From NCBI GenBank assembly GCA_018697295.1, contig JABHTJ010000001.1, forward strand, positions 292 to 64,291: a stretch of DNA of 64,000 nt, written 5' to 3'. Each line of letters opens with the position of its first letter. Within the stretch, counting starts at the first letter, position 1. The notes under the pieces were generated by a model. It was not told the DNA's origin. It was given only the letters and a program-made list of their open reading frames with translations, and did no database searches. Made by a program: the position numbers and the translations under genes. The DNA comes from an archaeon (GTDB lineage: Archaea > Nanobdellota > Nanobdellia > Pacearchaeales > GW2011-AR1). Below, piece by piece: positions 17,551 through 27,380 of this stretch.

Positions 17551-18534
17551 ATGGAAGATAAAGAAAAAATCGCAAGAGAAAATATCCTTAGAGAAAGCGA
17601 AGACGTAGATGGAAAAACAGTCAAGGGATATGATTTCAACGAAGGAATAAATTACGAAAAAATCATCGATAGATACGCAACCACTGGGGCGGGAGCAACC
17701 AACTTAGCAAAAGCAATAGAGATTATCAAAGAAGCACGAAAAGAAAACGCATTCACTTATCTCGGATATACTTCAAACATGGTTACTGGAGGTCTTCGAG
17801 ATATTTTCAGATATTTAGCCGAGCACAAATTAATCGACGTAATCGTTACAACTGCCGGAGGAATTGAAGAAGACATAATCAAATGCCTAGGAGAATTTAA
17901 AATTGGAGAGTTTAATCTCGAAGGAAAGGAATTAAGAGATAAAGGGATAAACAGGGCAGGAAATATTTTAATTCCAAATTCAAGATATTGTAGGTTTGAA
18001 GATTTTATAATCCCAATTTTAGAAAAAATAAATAAAAATCAAAAAGAAACCAAGGAAGTAATCACACCCTCAAAACTAATTCATCTTCTCGGAAAAGAAA
18101 TTGATAATAAGGAATCGATATATTACTGGGCACAAAAAAATAACATTCCAGTTTTCTGTCCTGCAATAACTGACGGATCTCTCGGAGATATGATTTATTT
18201 TTTCAAAAATAAAAACCCGGAGTTCAAACTTGATGTTTCAGACGACATTGTAGAAATGAACAATTCAACCATTGGAAAAGAAAAAACTGCAATGATAATT
18301 TTGGGTGGCGGAGTAATCAAACACCATATCTGCAACGCAAACATGTTTCGAAACGGTGCAGATTATGCAGTTTATGTTAATACGGCTCAAGAATTCGACG
18401 GAAGTGACGCAGGAGCAAAACCTGACGAAGCAGTATCTTGGGGAAAAATAACAAAAGATGCAAAAACAGTAAAAGTCTCTGCAGACGCCTCAATCGTTTT
18501 TCCTTTAATCGTCGCTAAATGTTTTGCAAAATAA
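17551..18534 (+). CDS. dys: Deoxyhypusine synthase
   Basis: TSNMVTGGLRD, VTTAGGIEEDIIK, GGGVIKHH and DEAVSWGKI motifs. Confidence 0.9.
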   Translation: MEDKEKIARENILRESEDVDGKTVKGYDFNEGINYEKIIDRYATTGAGATNLAKAIEIIKEARKENAFTYLGYTSNMVTGGLRDIFRYLAEHKLIDVIVTTAGGIEEDIIKCLGEFKIGEFNLEGKELRDKGINRAGNILIPNSRYCRFEDFIIPILEKINKNQKETKEVITPSKLIHLLGKEIDNKESIYYWAQKNNIPVFCPAITDGSLGDMIYFFKNKNPEFKLDVSDDIVEMNNSTIGKEKTAMIILGGGVIKHHICNANMFRNGADYAVYVNTAQEFDGSDAGAKPDEAVSWGKITKDAKTVKVSADASIVFPLIVAKCFAK

Positions 18535-18594
18535 TTTTCTTAAGAGGATTGGAATAACCTCCCCAGGCAATAGATAAAAAAACTTAGAGAAACA

Positions 18595-20277
18595 TTATAC
18601 TATTTTGTAAGAATTAAGTTCCCCATAAATCCCTAGAGTGCTTTCGGTGTAGTGTTGTCCCCTGATTGCTGCAATTATTCGTTTTCCATTTGGTGAAAAG
18701 TCTAGTTCTTCTATTGACCCCCTTGTAGCGAATGTTTTTAGTGGTCCGGTTTGTCCTATCATGAATACTTGTATTTGATCCACCAAACCTACACCATCTC
18801 CTGTAAGGCCCAAGGCAAACAGTGATGGGTCGTCACTTAGCACAATATCAAGAGCAAAATTTATTAGATTGCCACTGCCTGTTTGTTCGTAATTAAAAAG
18901 TTGTGTTGACGTGCTCGTTGTGGTATCCCAGGCCTTAACGCCAAATTTATTCCCTAAATAGTATGCCCCGACTAATCGATTCCCATTATCTGAGAGGTCT
19001 AGACCAGTAAATTGGGTTTCGGATTCTATTAAGGAAATTGTATCTCTTAATATATAATCGATTGTTGATTGTCTGTCAAATAAATAAACTTTTCCCATAT
19101 CTCCGGGTTGGTTTCCCCTAGCACCATAGGCTGCTCTCGAACCATCAAAATTAATTGCCGCCCCGCCAGTAAAAGTTCCTTGAAGAGTTGAATAATCTTG
19201 TTGTCCGGTCATCAAATCAATGAAGTAAATTACATTGGTAGTAATGAATGTTGCTGTTGATCCATCTCCGGAGATAGAAAAAGGATTGACAGCTGCAGGA
19301 TTTCCGATCAGAAAAGGGGTGGCAGCAACCTCTGACAAAATTACTCCACTAGATGCAGAAAACGTTGTTAATCTAATATTGGGGAATGCTTTCGTATAAA
19401 CAATAATTTTTGTTCCGTCATCACTTATCTGGACATCAAGGGAATTCGCAGAGGGAGAACTAAATTCTCCAGGGAATGTATATGTCCAATCAGGTATTGC
19501 AAAAGTAGAATATTTTCTTACAGTTGTTTGGTGAGTTCCCCCAGAATATTGCGAATCAATGACTGCATAAACATTAGTATTTTTTGCCGAATCAACTTTA
19601 TGAAAATGCGTTCCGGTGGACGTAATCACCGAATTAAATATTGGTGTCGGAGGGTTTGAATCATCGACAGAAAATAGCAGGTCGTAAATAGTAAATGGAC
19701 CTGTAGAAGTAAATGTTCTAAGACCATTATTTCCTATCGAAACAGTATTGAAGGAATTTGCCAAACTTCCATCATAACTCCACACCAACCCCTCAGTGGA
19801 ACTTACTCTTCCAAAATCATCACTGCTAATCGCACTTTCTCCAGATGCAGTAACAGAAGTAACGGCATAATAAGAAGTAAGACCCATAGCTAATTTCGTG
19901 TCTTTCCAAAATAATTTTTGTGCATCAACTTCTCCAAGAAGTTCATCAGACAGGGTAACTCCTTGAGTTGCTTTTCGGTAAATTTTGTAGCTCGACGCTC
20001 CAGAAACGGAATTCCAAGAAACGCGAACCTGAGCATCTCCCTCACTTGCTACAATGTTTTGAGGAACAGTAGATCCTGCCAAGGGTGTCCTCCCGATCCC
20101 TGCTTGAGGAGTTGCTAATCTCGTAGAACTAAATGGGGGGGAAGAATTCGCATAGTCAAAATTGTCTTCGAGCAATCCAATCGAGATAACTGAAGATAAG
20201 AAGCTCAGAACAACAATGAAGATAATTTCTGTCTGCGTCAATCTTCGATTCCAAGACTTATCAACTTTCTTTCCCAT
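18595..20277 (-). CDS. Membrane-anchored extracellular protein with FN3-like module and beta-propeller-like repeats
   Basis: N-terminal TM; VRVSWNSVSGASSYKIYR is FN3-like; repeated ..SDDG / SGDGS / SDNGN / SPNGK propeller-like turns. Confidence 0.45.
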   Translation of the reverse strand: MGKKVDKSWNRRLTQTEIIFIVVLSFLSSVISIGLLEDNFDYANSSPPFSSTRLATPQAGIGRTPLAGSTVPQNIVASEGDAQVRVSWNSVSGASSYKIYRKATQGVTLSDELLGEVDAQKLFWKDTKLAMGLTSYYAVTSVTASGESAISSDDFGRVSSTEGLVWSYDGSLANSFNTVSIGNNGLRTFTSTGPFTIYDLLFSVDDSNPPTPIFNSVITSTGTHFHKVDSAKNTNVYAVIDSQYSGGTHQTTVRKYSTFAIPDWTYTFPGEFSSPSANSLDVQISDDGTKIIVYTKAFPNIRLTTFSASSGVILSEVAATPFLIGNPAAVNPFSISGDGSTATFITTNVIYFIDLMTGQQDYSTLQGTFTGGAAINFDGSRAAYGARGNQPGDMGKVYLFDRQSTIDYILRDTISLIESETQFTGLDLSDNGNRLVGAYYLGNKFGVKAWDTTTSTSTQLFNYEQTGSGNLINFALDIVLSDDPSLFALGLTGDGVGLVDQIQVFMIGQTGPLKTFATRGSIEELDFSPNGKRIIAAIRGQHYTESTLGIYGELNSYKIV

Positions 20278-20328
20278 ACACTCTAAACAAAAAAAGACTA
20301 TTTATAGATTCTGATAATTTTAAAAAAA

Positions 20329-21528
20329 TTATTCCTCTTCAGGTCCCAAACTAAATAATGAATGTTCAGTTTTCTCTGAAAGTTCTCGAACTTCCGTAAG
20401 AGTCACTGAATTGATTTTATCTTCAAATAAATAATAATCTTTAGCATCGCCAGAAATTTCTTCCATAATAAGACTTACCGCAACATCACTTGAACTCTCG
20501 CTCGAAACATGCCGATTCCCAATAAGTTGAATTTTAGCTTCTGCTAATTCTTCTTCAGTAATGTCTTTCATTTTAGAAAATTCATCCAAACAAACACGAA
20601 TAACTTCTTCCTCTTTTGATTTATCTGTTCCGGCCCAAATAACCAAATAACCATAATGCTTTCCAACGTCTTGCTCACTTTTCACACCATAAACAAGACC
20701 TCGTTTCTCCCGAACTTCCTTAAACAACTTGCTCGACATCCCATTTCCAAGAATTGATGAAAAAACTTCTGCAGCATATTCTCCGCGTTCATTTTGAAAT
20801 GGGAAGTGAAATCCAAGCGCAAGATTCGTTTGAACAATTCCCTTCCGAGATTCACTAGAAACATTTTTCTTTAAAATGATTTTTGGAACTTCTAAACTCT
20901 CTCCACTAGTTTCTGGTGTCAATTCCTCAGCAAATCTAACAACATCTTCAAAGTCATTATTTCCGACAACCACTAAAACACTATTTTTCGGAACGTAAAC
21001 TTTTTGATGTTTAGAGAACAGCATGTCTCGACTCATCGCACGAACATTTGATTCACTCCCAGCAATATTCAATCCAAAAGGAGCTTCGTACAAAGACTTC
21101 TTTATAGAATCTAGAACGTAATGACGAGGATTATCTTTGTACATTTTTATCTCCTCACAAATAACCTGGCATTCTTTGGAAACCTCTTCTTCAGGAAACT
21201 GCGCATTAAAATAAATGTCGAATATCACGTCCATTGCTGTTTCAAGATGTTCACTCGGAAGGCGAACATGATAAGCCGTTACTTCTTCATGAGTAAATGC
21301 ATTTAAGTCGCCACCAAGACGTTCAACTTCTTCCGCAATCTCTTGAGTCGTCCGCTTTTTAGTTCCCTTAAAGCATAAATGCTCCATAAAGTGGGCCATC
21401 CCTTTTTCTTCTTCAGATTCATAAGCAGAACCAAACTTTGCCGCAAGCATAACTGTGGTGACCGGTACATCTCGCTTCTCAAAAAGCACAGTAAGCCCAT
21501 TATCCAAAACTTTTTTTTGAAATTCCAT
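20329..21528 (-). CDS. M16 (pitrilysin/insulinase) family zinc peptidase
   Basis: Inverted zinc motif HFMEHLCFKGT (HxxEH) and downstream E residues. 399 aa. Confidence 0.8.
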   Translation of the reverse strand: MEFQKKVLDNGLTVLFEKRDVPVTTVMLAAKFGSAYESEEEKGMAHFMEHLCFKGTKKRTTQEIAEEVERLGGDLNAFTHEEVTAYHVRLPSEHLETAMDVIFDIYFNAQFPEEEVSKECQVICEEIKMYKDNPRHYVLDSIKKSLYEAPFGLNIAGSESNVRAMSRDMLFSKHQKVYVPKNSVLVVVGNNDFEDVVRFAEELTPETSGESLEVPKIILKKNVSSESRKGIVQTNLALGFHFPFQNERGEYAAEVFSSILGNGMSSKLFKEVREKRGLVYGVKSEQDVGKHYGYLVIWAGTDKSKEEEVIRVCLDEFSKMKDITEEELAEAKIQLIGNRHVSSESSSDVAVSLIMEEISGDAKDYYLFEDKINSVTLTEVRELSEKTEHSLFSLGPEEE

Positions 21529-21606
21529 GTCTCCAAGTAAGAAGAACGCTTTTTATGTTTTGTGCTAAATCAGAACACTATTAAACAATATTCACGAGAT
21601 AAAAAT

Positions 21607-22272
21607 ATGAAACTTGGAATATTATACTCGGGAGGAAAAGACTCAAACCTAGCAGCGCTCATTGCAAAAAAAGAAGGCTATAATCTCTCGTGCCTCATAA
21701 GCATCGCATCAGAAAATAAGGAAAGTTTTATGTTTCACACACCTTCAATCTCAAAGGTAACTGCACAAGCAAAAGCAATGCAAATTCCCTTAATTCTCCA
21801 AAAAACGAAGGGAGAGAAAGAAATTGAACTAATTGATCTAAAAAAAGCAATAAAAAAAGCAAAAAAAGAATACAAAATACAGGGGGTCGTAACGGGAGCA
21901 GTCGAAAGCGTTTATCAAGCTTCACGAGTACAAAAAATCTGCAATGAATTAGGCCTAGAATGTTTTAACCCCTTATGGCAAAAAAATCAAATGGAAATTT
22001 TAGAGGATTTAATCAAAGAAAAACTAGGAGTAATAGTTATTGCAGTTGCCGCATATCCTTTAGGCCAAAAATTCTTAGGGAAAAAAATTAATGAAAAATT
22101 TATTGAAGAAATGAAAAAGTTAAAAGAAAAATATCAAATCAATCCAGCAGGAGAAGGAGGAGAATATGAAACATTTGTAATAAACTCTCCACTTTTCAAA
22201 AAATCTCTCAAAATAAAATCATTTAAAGATTTTGGAGAAAACCATTCATGGAAAAGGGAGTTGGAAATATGA
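21607..22272 (+). CDS. PP-loop ATP pyrophosphatase of the MJ0570/DUF71 family (diphthine-ammonia ligase, Dph6-like)
   Basis: MKLGILYSGGKDS PP-loop and GEGGEYETFV motif. Start moved from the GTG in the track to this ATG. Confidence 0.75.
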   Translation: MKLGILYSGGKDSNLAALIAKKEGYNLSCLISIASENKESFMFHTPSISKVTAQAKAMQIPLILQKTKGEKEIELIDLKKAIKKAKKEYKIQGVVTGAVESVYQASRVQKICNELGLECFNPLWQKNQMEILEDLIKEKLGVIVIAVAAYPLGQKFLGKKINEKFIEEMKKLKEKYQINPAGEGGEYETFVINSPLFKKSLKIKSFKDFGENHSWKRELEI

Positions 22273-22805
22273 TACTTATAATTTCGACAAACAAGGAACT
22301 GCTCCACCACTATGAATTTTCAAAACCAATTGAAGAACTAGTAAAAAAAGAAAATCAGGCCTTCGCAACAAAAAAATATGATAAGCTAATTTCAAAAGAT
22401 TTAGAAAAAGCAACTAAAATAATTATTTGTGGAACGAGCCTAAAAGATTTAGAATATGCAAAACACTTAGAAAAATTTAACTGGATAAAAAAATTTGACA
22501 AACCAATTTTCGGAATTTGTGCAGGTGCTCAAATAATTGCGAGGATATTTGGAACAACACTTAAAGATTCAACCAAGATAGGTCTTGAAAAAGTAATCTT
22601 CAAAAAAGAATTTTTAAACATAAAAAAAGAACTTCAAGTTTACCACTTACATCAGAAAAAAATATCTTCATTAAAAAATCCTCTCGAAAATTATTCAAAA
22701 GATAATGAAGCCTTCAAACACAAAACAAAACAAATCTATGCAACACTTTTCCATCCCGAAGTAAGAAACTCTCAAATAATTTCAAATTTCATAAAAAATG
22801 GATAA
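22269..22805 (+). CDS. Class I glutamine amidotransferase-like protein
   Basis: PIFGICAGAQIIA (nucleophile Cys) and LFHPE (His/Glu). ATGA overlap with the upstream gene. Confidence 0.65.
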   Translation: MILIISTNKELLHHYEFSKPIEELVKKENQAFATKKYDKLISKDLEKATKIIICGTSLKDLEYAKHLEKFNWIKKFDKPIFGICAGAQIIARIFGTTLKDSTKIGLEKVIFKKEFLNIKKELQVYHLHQKKISSLKNPLENYSKDNEAFKHKTKQIYATLFHPEVRNSQIISNFIKNG

Positions 22806-23541
22806 CATAGCAGAAGTAAAAAAGAAAAAAGAATTGCGTCAACTACCAGACCAAATAATAGAAAAGGCATTGCAAAAATCAAATAATAATATTAAAGACG
22901 CACGAGCATACTTAAGAAAATATTTCGGGTTATTTTTGACAAATAAAATAATAAAAGGAAAAATCGGCGACGAAGAAATTTTAAAAGTACATATCTCCAG
23001 TAAAAAACGAGATTATGAGAAATTCTATGAAGAGATATTTGAAAATATAAAAAAACCAAAATCGATAATTGATTTAGGTGCTGGAGTCAATGGATTTTCA
23101 TATAAATATTTAGAAAAAGTTGTGGGAACAACAAAATATATTGCAATCGAAGCATCAGGTCAGCTAGTCTCGCAAATGAATAAGTTCTTCAAAGAAAATA
23201 AATTAAATGCAAAAGCATTTTGCGAAGACATTACAAATATCCAAAGTCTTAAAAAAATAATCTCTAAAACAGAAGAACCAAGAACAATCTTTTTATTCCA
23301 GGTAATTGACGCATTAGAAAGTTTTGAAAAAAATCTCTCAAAAGAATTCATAGAAGAAATTTCCCATCTCGCAAAGACATTTGTAATCACATTACCATTG
23401 GAAAGTATTGGAAAGAGAAAACAATTCAACGTTCAAAGAAAATGGTTAATAGATTTTTTAGAGGAGAAATTCACAATTCAAAAAGATTTCAAATTATTTG
23501 GAGAAAGAATTCTTGTTTGCGACACTAAAAAGATTAAATAA
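22798..23541 (+). CDS. SAM-dependent methyltransferase resembling the FmrO/ArmA/Rmt 16S rRNA m7G1405 methyltransferase family
   Basis: ILKVHISSKKRD..FYEEIFENIKKPKSIIDLGAGVNGF resembles the H(A/S)ST.ER ... D.GCG.NP layout recalled for that family. Confidence 0.5.
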   Translation: MDNIAEVKKKKELRQLPDQIIEKALQKSNNNIKDARAYLRKYFGLFLTNKIIKGKIGDEEILKVHISSKKRDYEKFYEEIFENIKKPKSIIDLGAGVNGFSYKYLEKVVGTTKYIAIEASGQLVSQMNKFFKENKLNAKAFCEDITNIQSLKKIISKTEEPRTIFLFQVIDALESFEKNLSKEFIEEISHLAKTFVITLPLESIGKRKQFNVQRKWLIDFLEEKFTIQKDFKLFGERILVCDTKKIK

Positions 23542-23543
23542 AA

Positions 23544-24593
23544 TTAAATCTTAGAGCCATATTTCTTATGAAGATGTCTAAAGTAAATTCTCAAGAAATG
23601 AAAAAGAAAGAAAGAAAGCACTACCAAGACAAGAATAACAATGAAATAAAAACCAGAGTTCTCATCATCCGAATCAGCTAAATTTTCAAGAGGATCCGAA
23701 GGAGAAGTAAGGGGAGAGTCATCAGAAGAATCAGTCGAAGGAGACAAATCATTCTCTGATTCAGTTCCAGTTGTAGTCTCTTCCTCTGACAGCTCAACAT
23801 AACATAAAGAAGAGGAATAGCAAAGAGGATCATCACAATCGGTATAGCCATCTAGGTCGTTGTCGATTGAGTCGTCGCAAATTTCTGCAGTTCCGAGAGC
23901 AGGATTGGCACAAACTGGATCCAAGGCACAATTAGCATCATCACAATCGGTATAGCCATCTAGGTCGTTGTCGATTGAGTCGTCGCAAATTTCTGAATCT
24001 CCTTCATTAGGCCCATCTAAATCGCAAATAGGATCATTAATACAATCTGTATCGTCGCAATCAGTGTAGCCGTCGCCATCGTTGTCAGTTCCATCGTCGC
24101 AAATTTCAGGAGTAGAACCACCGCTGCAGGCTAAATCTTCGATACAATCAAAATCCTCGCAATCTGCGGAACCGTCGCCATCGTTGTCAGTTCCATCGTC
24201 GCAAATTTCAGGACTAACAATGCATGCAGAATCTAAGTCACAATCAGGGTCTGCGCAATCGGTATAACCATCGAGGTCGTTGTCAGTTCCATCGTCGCAA
24301 ATTTCAGGACTAGAAGCACATGCAGAGTCTAAAGAGCAATCAGAATCATTACAATCTGTGTCCCCATCCCCATCATTATCAATTTTATCATCACAAAGTT
24401 TTTCTACAGCATCAGGGTCAAAAGAGTCAATAGGGCTTTTAGCAATTACTTTTCCGACAAAGCTTCCTACCCAAAAGAAAAAGTCAACACCCATAAAAAA
24501 ACCTTCTTTAACAACCTCTGTTGCACTAACAGCATTTACTTGGGTCAAACTAACAATCAGAATAAAAACGAAGAAAAATGTTGCAGCCTTCAT
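23544..24593 (-). CDS. Secreted, C-terminally membrane-anchored protein with six Cys/Asp-rich repeats (EICDDGTDNDxDGYTDCxDxDC)
   Basis: Signal peptide, six roughly 32-36-aa repeats, acidic S/T linker and a C-terminal TM (FYFIVILVLVVLSFFLF). Confidence 0.7.
   Translation of the reverse strand: MKAATFFFVFILIVSLTQVNAVSATEVVKEGFFMGVDFFFWVGSFVGKVIAKSPIDSFDPDAVEKLCDDKIDNDGDGDTDCNDSDCSLDSACASSPEICDDGTDNDLDGYTDCADPDCDLDSACIVSPEICDDGTDNDGDGSADCEDFDCIEDLACSGGSTPEICDDGTDNDGDGYTDCDDTDCINDPICDLDGPNEGDSEICDDSIDNDLDGYTDCDDANCALDPVCANPALGTAEICDDSIDNDLDGYTDCDDPLCYSSSLCYVELSEEETTTGTESENDLSPSTDSSDDSPLTSPSDPLENLADSDDENSGFYFIVILVLVVLSFFLFHFLRIYFRHLHKKYGSKI
23799..24401. repeat. In-frame coding tandem repeats (six units); includes two identical 59-nt copies at 23829-23887 and 23937-23995
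   Basis: Direct comparison of the sequence: atcatcacaatcggtatagccatctaggtcgttgtcgattgagtcgtcgcaaatttctg occurs twice, 108 nt apart. Confidence 0.85.
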
Positions 24594-24677
24594 AAAACTG
24601 CCTCAATAAAATTAACCATATAATTCAATCGCACGACCCCTTATAAATATTTTCATAATTTCTTAATTCTTAAAAAT

Positions 24678-27068
24678 TTATGGGCAAGTAGAATTGCCCG
24701 TAGTAAGATTAAGCATACAAAGAGTCACATTAGAAGAACCGGGAGGCATTCTCGTCGCATTCCAACATCCCTCATTCACAACACCATTACAGTTATTGTC
24801 AAAACCATCGAAGCAAATTTCCGACTGGTTATTAACAATGAGATTAAAAGTATCTTCATCCAAAACAATTTCTCCGTAAGAATCGGATTCAACGCCTACC
24901 TCAAGAAGTTTAGGCCCAGAAGCATTTGCAGTAATTGACCATTGAGCTTCGAGATTATTATTTGATTGAACGTCGCCCAAATTAACAATAGACGAAGTAA
25001 GAACTGTAAGTCCTGCAGGAACTTCTAATTCTGCAAGAACGCTGTAGGCACCAATATCTCCGAGATTCGTAACGTTTGCAGTAACATTAACTACTTCTCC
25101 ACAAAAAATATTTCCTTGAGAATCTAGATCTGTTAAAAAAGAAGGTCCATTAACTTCTGTAAAAGAATTAGTAAATGCAATTCCAACATCTTCACCAATG
25201 CCCTCATTCAAATCAGTTAATCGCGCCTTAAGCACTGCAGAATTGTATGCTCCTCCAAAACTAACTTGTTCAATATTTCTTCCAACATAATTACTCTCAT
25301 CAAGAAGAAACCCATTAGAACCGTCATAAAGCCAAAAATCTAAATTATTAACAACCCCGGCATTACCCACTATATGCCTATTCCAAACAGAAGTAATTTT
25401 ATCATTATTTGAAAAAGAACTTGTCAAAAAATATTTGGTGTCATTCTCTCCAACAAAGTTAATCTTATCAACATTATTTGATTCGAAATAAGCTCGAGCC
25501 ATGTCAAGATAACCTTGTCCCCACCGATTATCAGGACCGTCATTCCCACTAGCTCCAGTAGAATAATCCCGATCTTCAGCACTATTAAACAACAAGGCCT
25601 TCTCTTCAACAGTAGAAAAAACCGGACCGTATCTATCTTCCAAAAGCAAAATTGAGGCAGCAACATGAGGTGCAGCAAAACTTGTCCCACTTCCCGTAGA
25701 AAAACTTCCTGCTTGATCAGTATTTGTAATTCCAACACCTGGAGCAACAATGTCTGGCTTTATCCTTTGCTCATTACTTCCACAAATATCTACAGGTCCA
25801 AGACTACTAGTGGGACTAAGAACATCATCATTCCTTGAGACAGTATTCAGATCATCAGAAGCACCAACGGCAAGAAGATTATAAGCACCTGCCGGAAGAG
25901 TAACATTTTTATCACTATTTTGCCCATTGTTTCCTGCAGACTTGACCCAATTAACATCATAAAAATCTACAATTTCATCAACATATTTTTCTTGAAAAGA
26001 ATCTCCACAATAAGGTGCGCTTCCGCCACCAAAACTTTTACTCATAGTAATATGATCTGCAGTATCGGGAGAATTAATTACTGCCCAGGTAATTGCAGTT
26101 TGGGCTTGTGAAAAAGTATTTGTCATCCCATTATAAAATTTATCGACCCCATATGAAACGCCACTATACAAATTATGGTCACCTCCAATAATTCCTGCAA
26201 CAACAGTGTCATGACCCCCAAAAGGATTCTGGGCATCACAAGGAGGACTAATAAGGCAAGTACTAATCCAATTTATATGATCTAGAGATGGGTGAGAGGT
26301 ATAAATTCCGCCAGAATTTAAAGACAAAATATCGCCTATAGCTCCATCGTAACCAGCACTGTGCCAAGAATCTGCCCCCATGGCCTGAATACTCACATCT
26401 GATTCATCAACATCAACAAATTCATTAGAAACAATTTCATCAATCCCCTTAATAGAACTAATCATTTCAAGATTAGAAATTGGAGAAGATATAGTCATCG
26501 AATTAGAATTAAAGTCCTGAGAAACGATTGAAACTCCATCAATCCAAAGCAATTTCCAGATAAGATTGTCTTGAGCCGGAGAATATTCCTTAACTAATAA
26601 AGAATAAATAAGTTTACTTCGTTCAGTTTTTAATTCATCTGCATGAAACTTCATAGAATTTAAAGATTTGTCATCGAGACCATATTTCTTTTCTAATTGC
26701 ATTAAATTTTTAAGAAATTTTTTGTCATTAGAAGTAAAATCTTCTAAAATCTCTTCGCTATTTCCTTCATAGTTCAATTCAGCCTTCAACAAGGAAAATT
26801 TTTCCTTAGATTCTTCATTCATTAATTCAAGTTCTTCGTCAATTTTAGAGGTAGCTTCATCCAATCGATCCAAAAGCCCAGCATTATCTTGTTTCAAAAC
26901 TAAAATCATTTCAACATTAGCCAGAGGATCTTCATGTGCCAGAGCTTCCAAGGAATTATCTACCTTAACAGAAGAATCTCCACCAAAAGCAAACTGAGAA
27001 AAAGACAGAGTCAAAACTAGCATCAACCCCAAAAAAACTGTCAAACCTCTAAAACTTTTATATACCAT
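24678..27068 (-). CDS. Secreted subtilisin-like (S8) serine protease homolog with C-terminal Cys-rich module
   Basis: GGHDTVVAGIIGG (His box), KSAGNNGQ (oxyanion Asn) and GTSFAAPHVAASILLL (Ser box). C-terminal EICFDGFDNNCNGVVNEGC. Confidence 0.75.
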   Translation of the reverse strand: MVYKSFRGLTVFLGLMLVLTLSFSQFAFGGDSSVKVDNSLEALAHEDPLANVEMILVLKQDNAGLLDRLDEATSKIDEELELMNEESKEKFSLLKAELNYEGNSEEILEDFTSNDKKFLKNLMQLEKKYGLDDKSLNSMKFHADELKTERSKLIYSLLVKEYSPAQDNLIWKLLWIDGVSIVSQDFNSNSMTISSPISNLEMISSIKGIDEIVSNEFVDVDESDVSIQAMGADSWHSAGYDGAIGDILSLNSGGIYTSHPSLDHINWISTCLISPPCDAQNPFGGHDTVVAGIIGGDHNLYSGVSYGVDKFYNGMTNTFSQAQTAITWAVINSPDTADHITMSKSFGGGSAPYCGDSFQEKYVDEIVDFYDVNWVKSAGNNGQNSDKNVTLPAGAYNLLAVGASDDLNTVSRNDDVLSPTSSLGPVDICGSNEQRIKPDIVAPGVGITNTDQAGSFSTGSGTSFAAPHVAASILLLEDRYGPVFSTVEEKALLFNSAEDRDYSTGASGNDGPDNRWGQGYLDMARAYFESNNVDKINFVGENDTKYFLTSSFSNNDKITSVWNRHIVGNAGVVNNLDFWLYDGSNGFLLDESNYVGRNIEQVSFGGAYNSAVLKARLTDLNEGIGEDVGIAFTNSFTEVNGPSFLTDLDSQGNIFCGEVVNVTANVTNLGDIGAYSVLAELEVPAGLTVLTSSIVNLGDVQSNNNLEAQWSITANASGPKLLEVGVESDSYGEIVLDEDTFNLIVNNQSEICFDGFDNNCNGVVNEGCWNATRMPPGSSNVTLCMLNLTTGNSTCP

Positions 27069-27128
27069 TTGACTTATAATTAGACGCAGACAGCTTTATT
27101 TAAATCTTCGTAATCAGCGAGCATATAT

Positions 27129-27347
27129 CTATTTCCACTTACTCTTCGGTTTTTTAATCAAGGCATAGGCAAAAAACAATACAATCATAACTGCAATAAT
27201 CGCCGCCCCAAGAGCATAATAAAAATTCAAATTATACTCTCCTTCCGAAGAATCGTCAAAAAGAGCGCCAGAATCATTCTCTTCTGCAGCAGAAACAACC
27301 CAAAGAAGCAAGAAGAACATAAAAAAAATCGAAATCACCTTTTCCAT
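27129..27347 (-). CDS. Small acidic protein with signal peptide and C-terminal TM anchor
   Basis: 72 aa; hydrophobic N- and C-terminal segments. Confidence 0.35.
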   Translation of the reverse strand: MEKVISIFFMFFLLLWVVSAAEENDSGALFDDSSEGEYNLNFYYALGAAIIAVMIVLFFAYALIKKPKSKWK

Positions 27348-27380
27348 AAATTTCTTAAATGATTTTACTTTAATAATGTT

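Noticed and set aside
24082-24609. Plus-strand ORFs with repeated MSVPSSQISG N-termini.
   Set aside because: They are antisense reading frames of the Cys/Asp repeat gene. Their internal repetition just mirrors the coding repeats on the minus strand.
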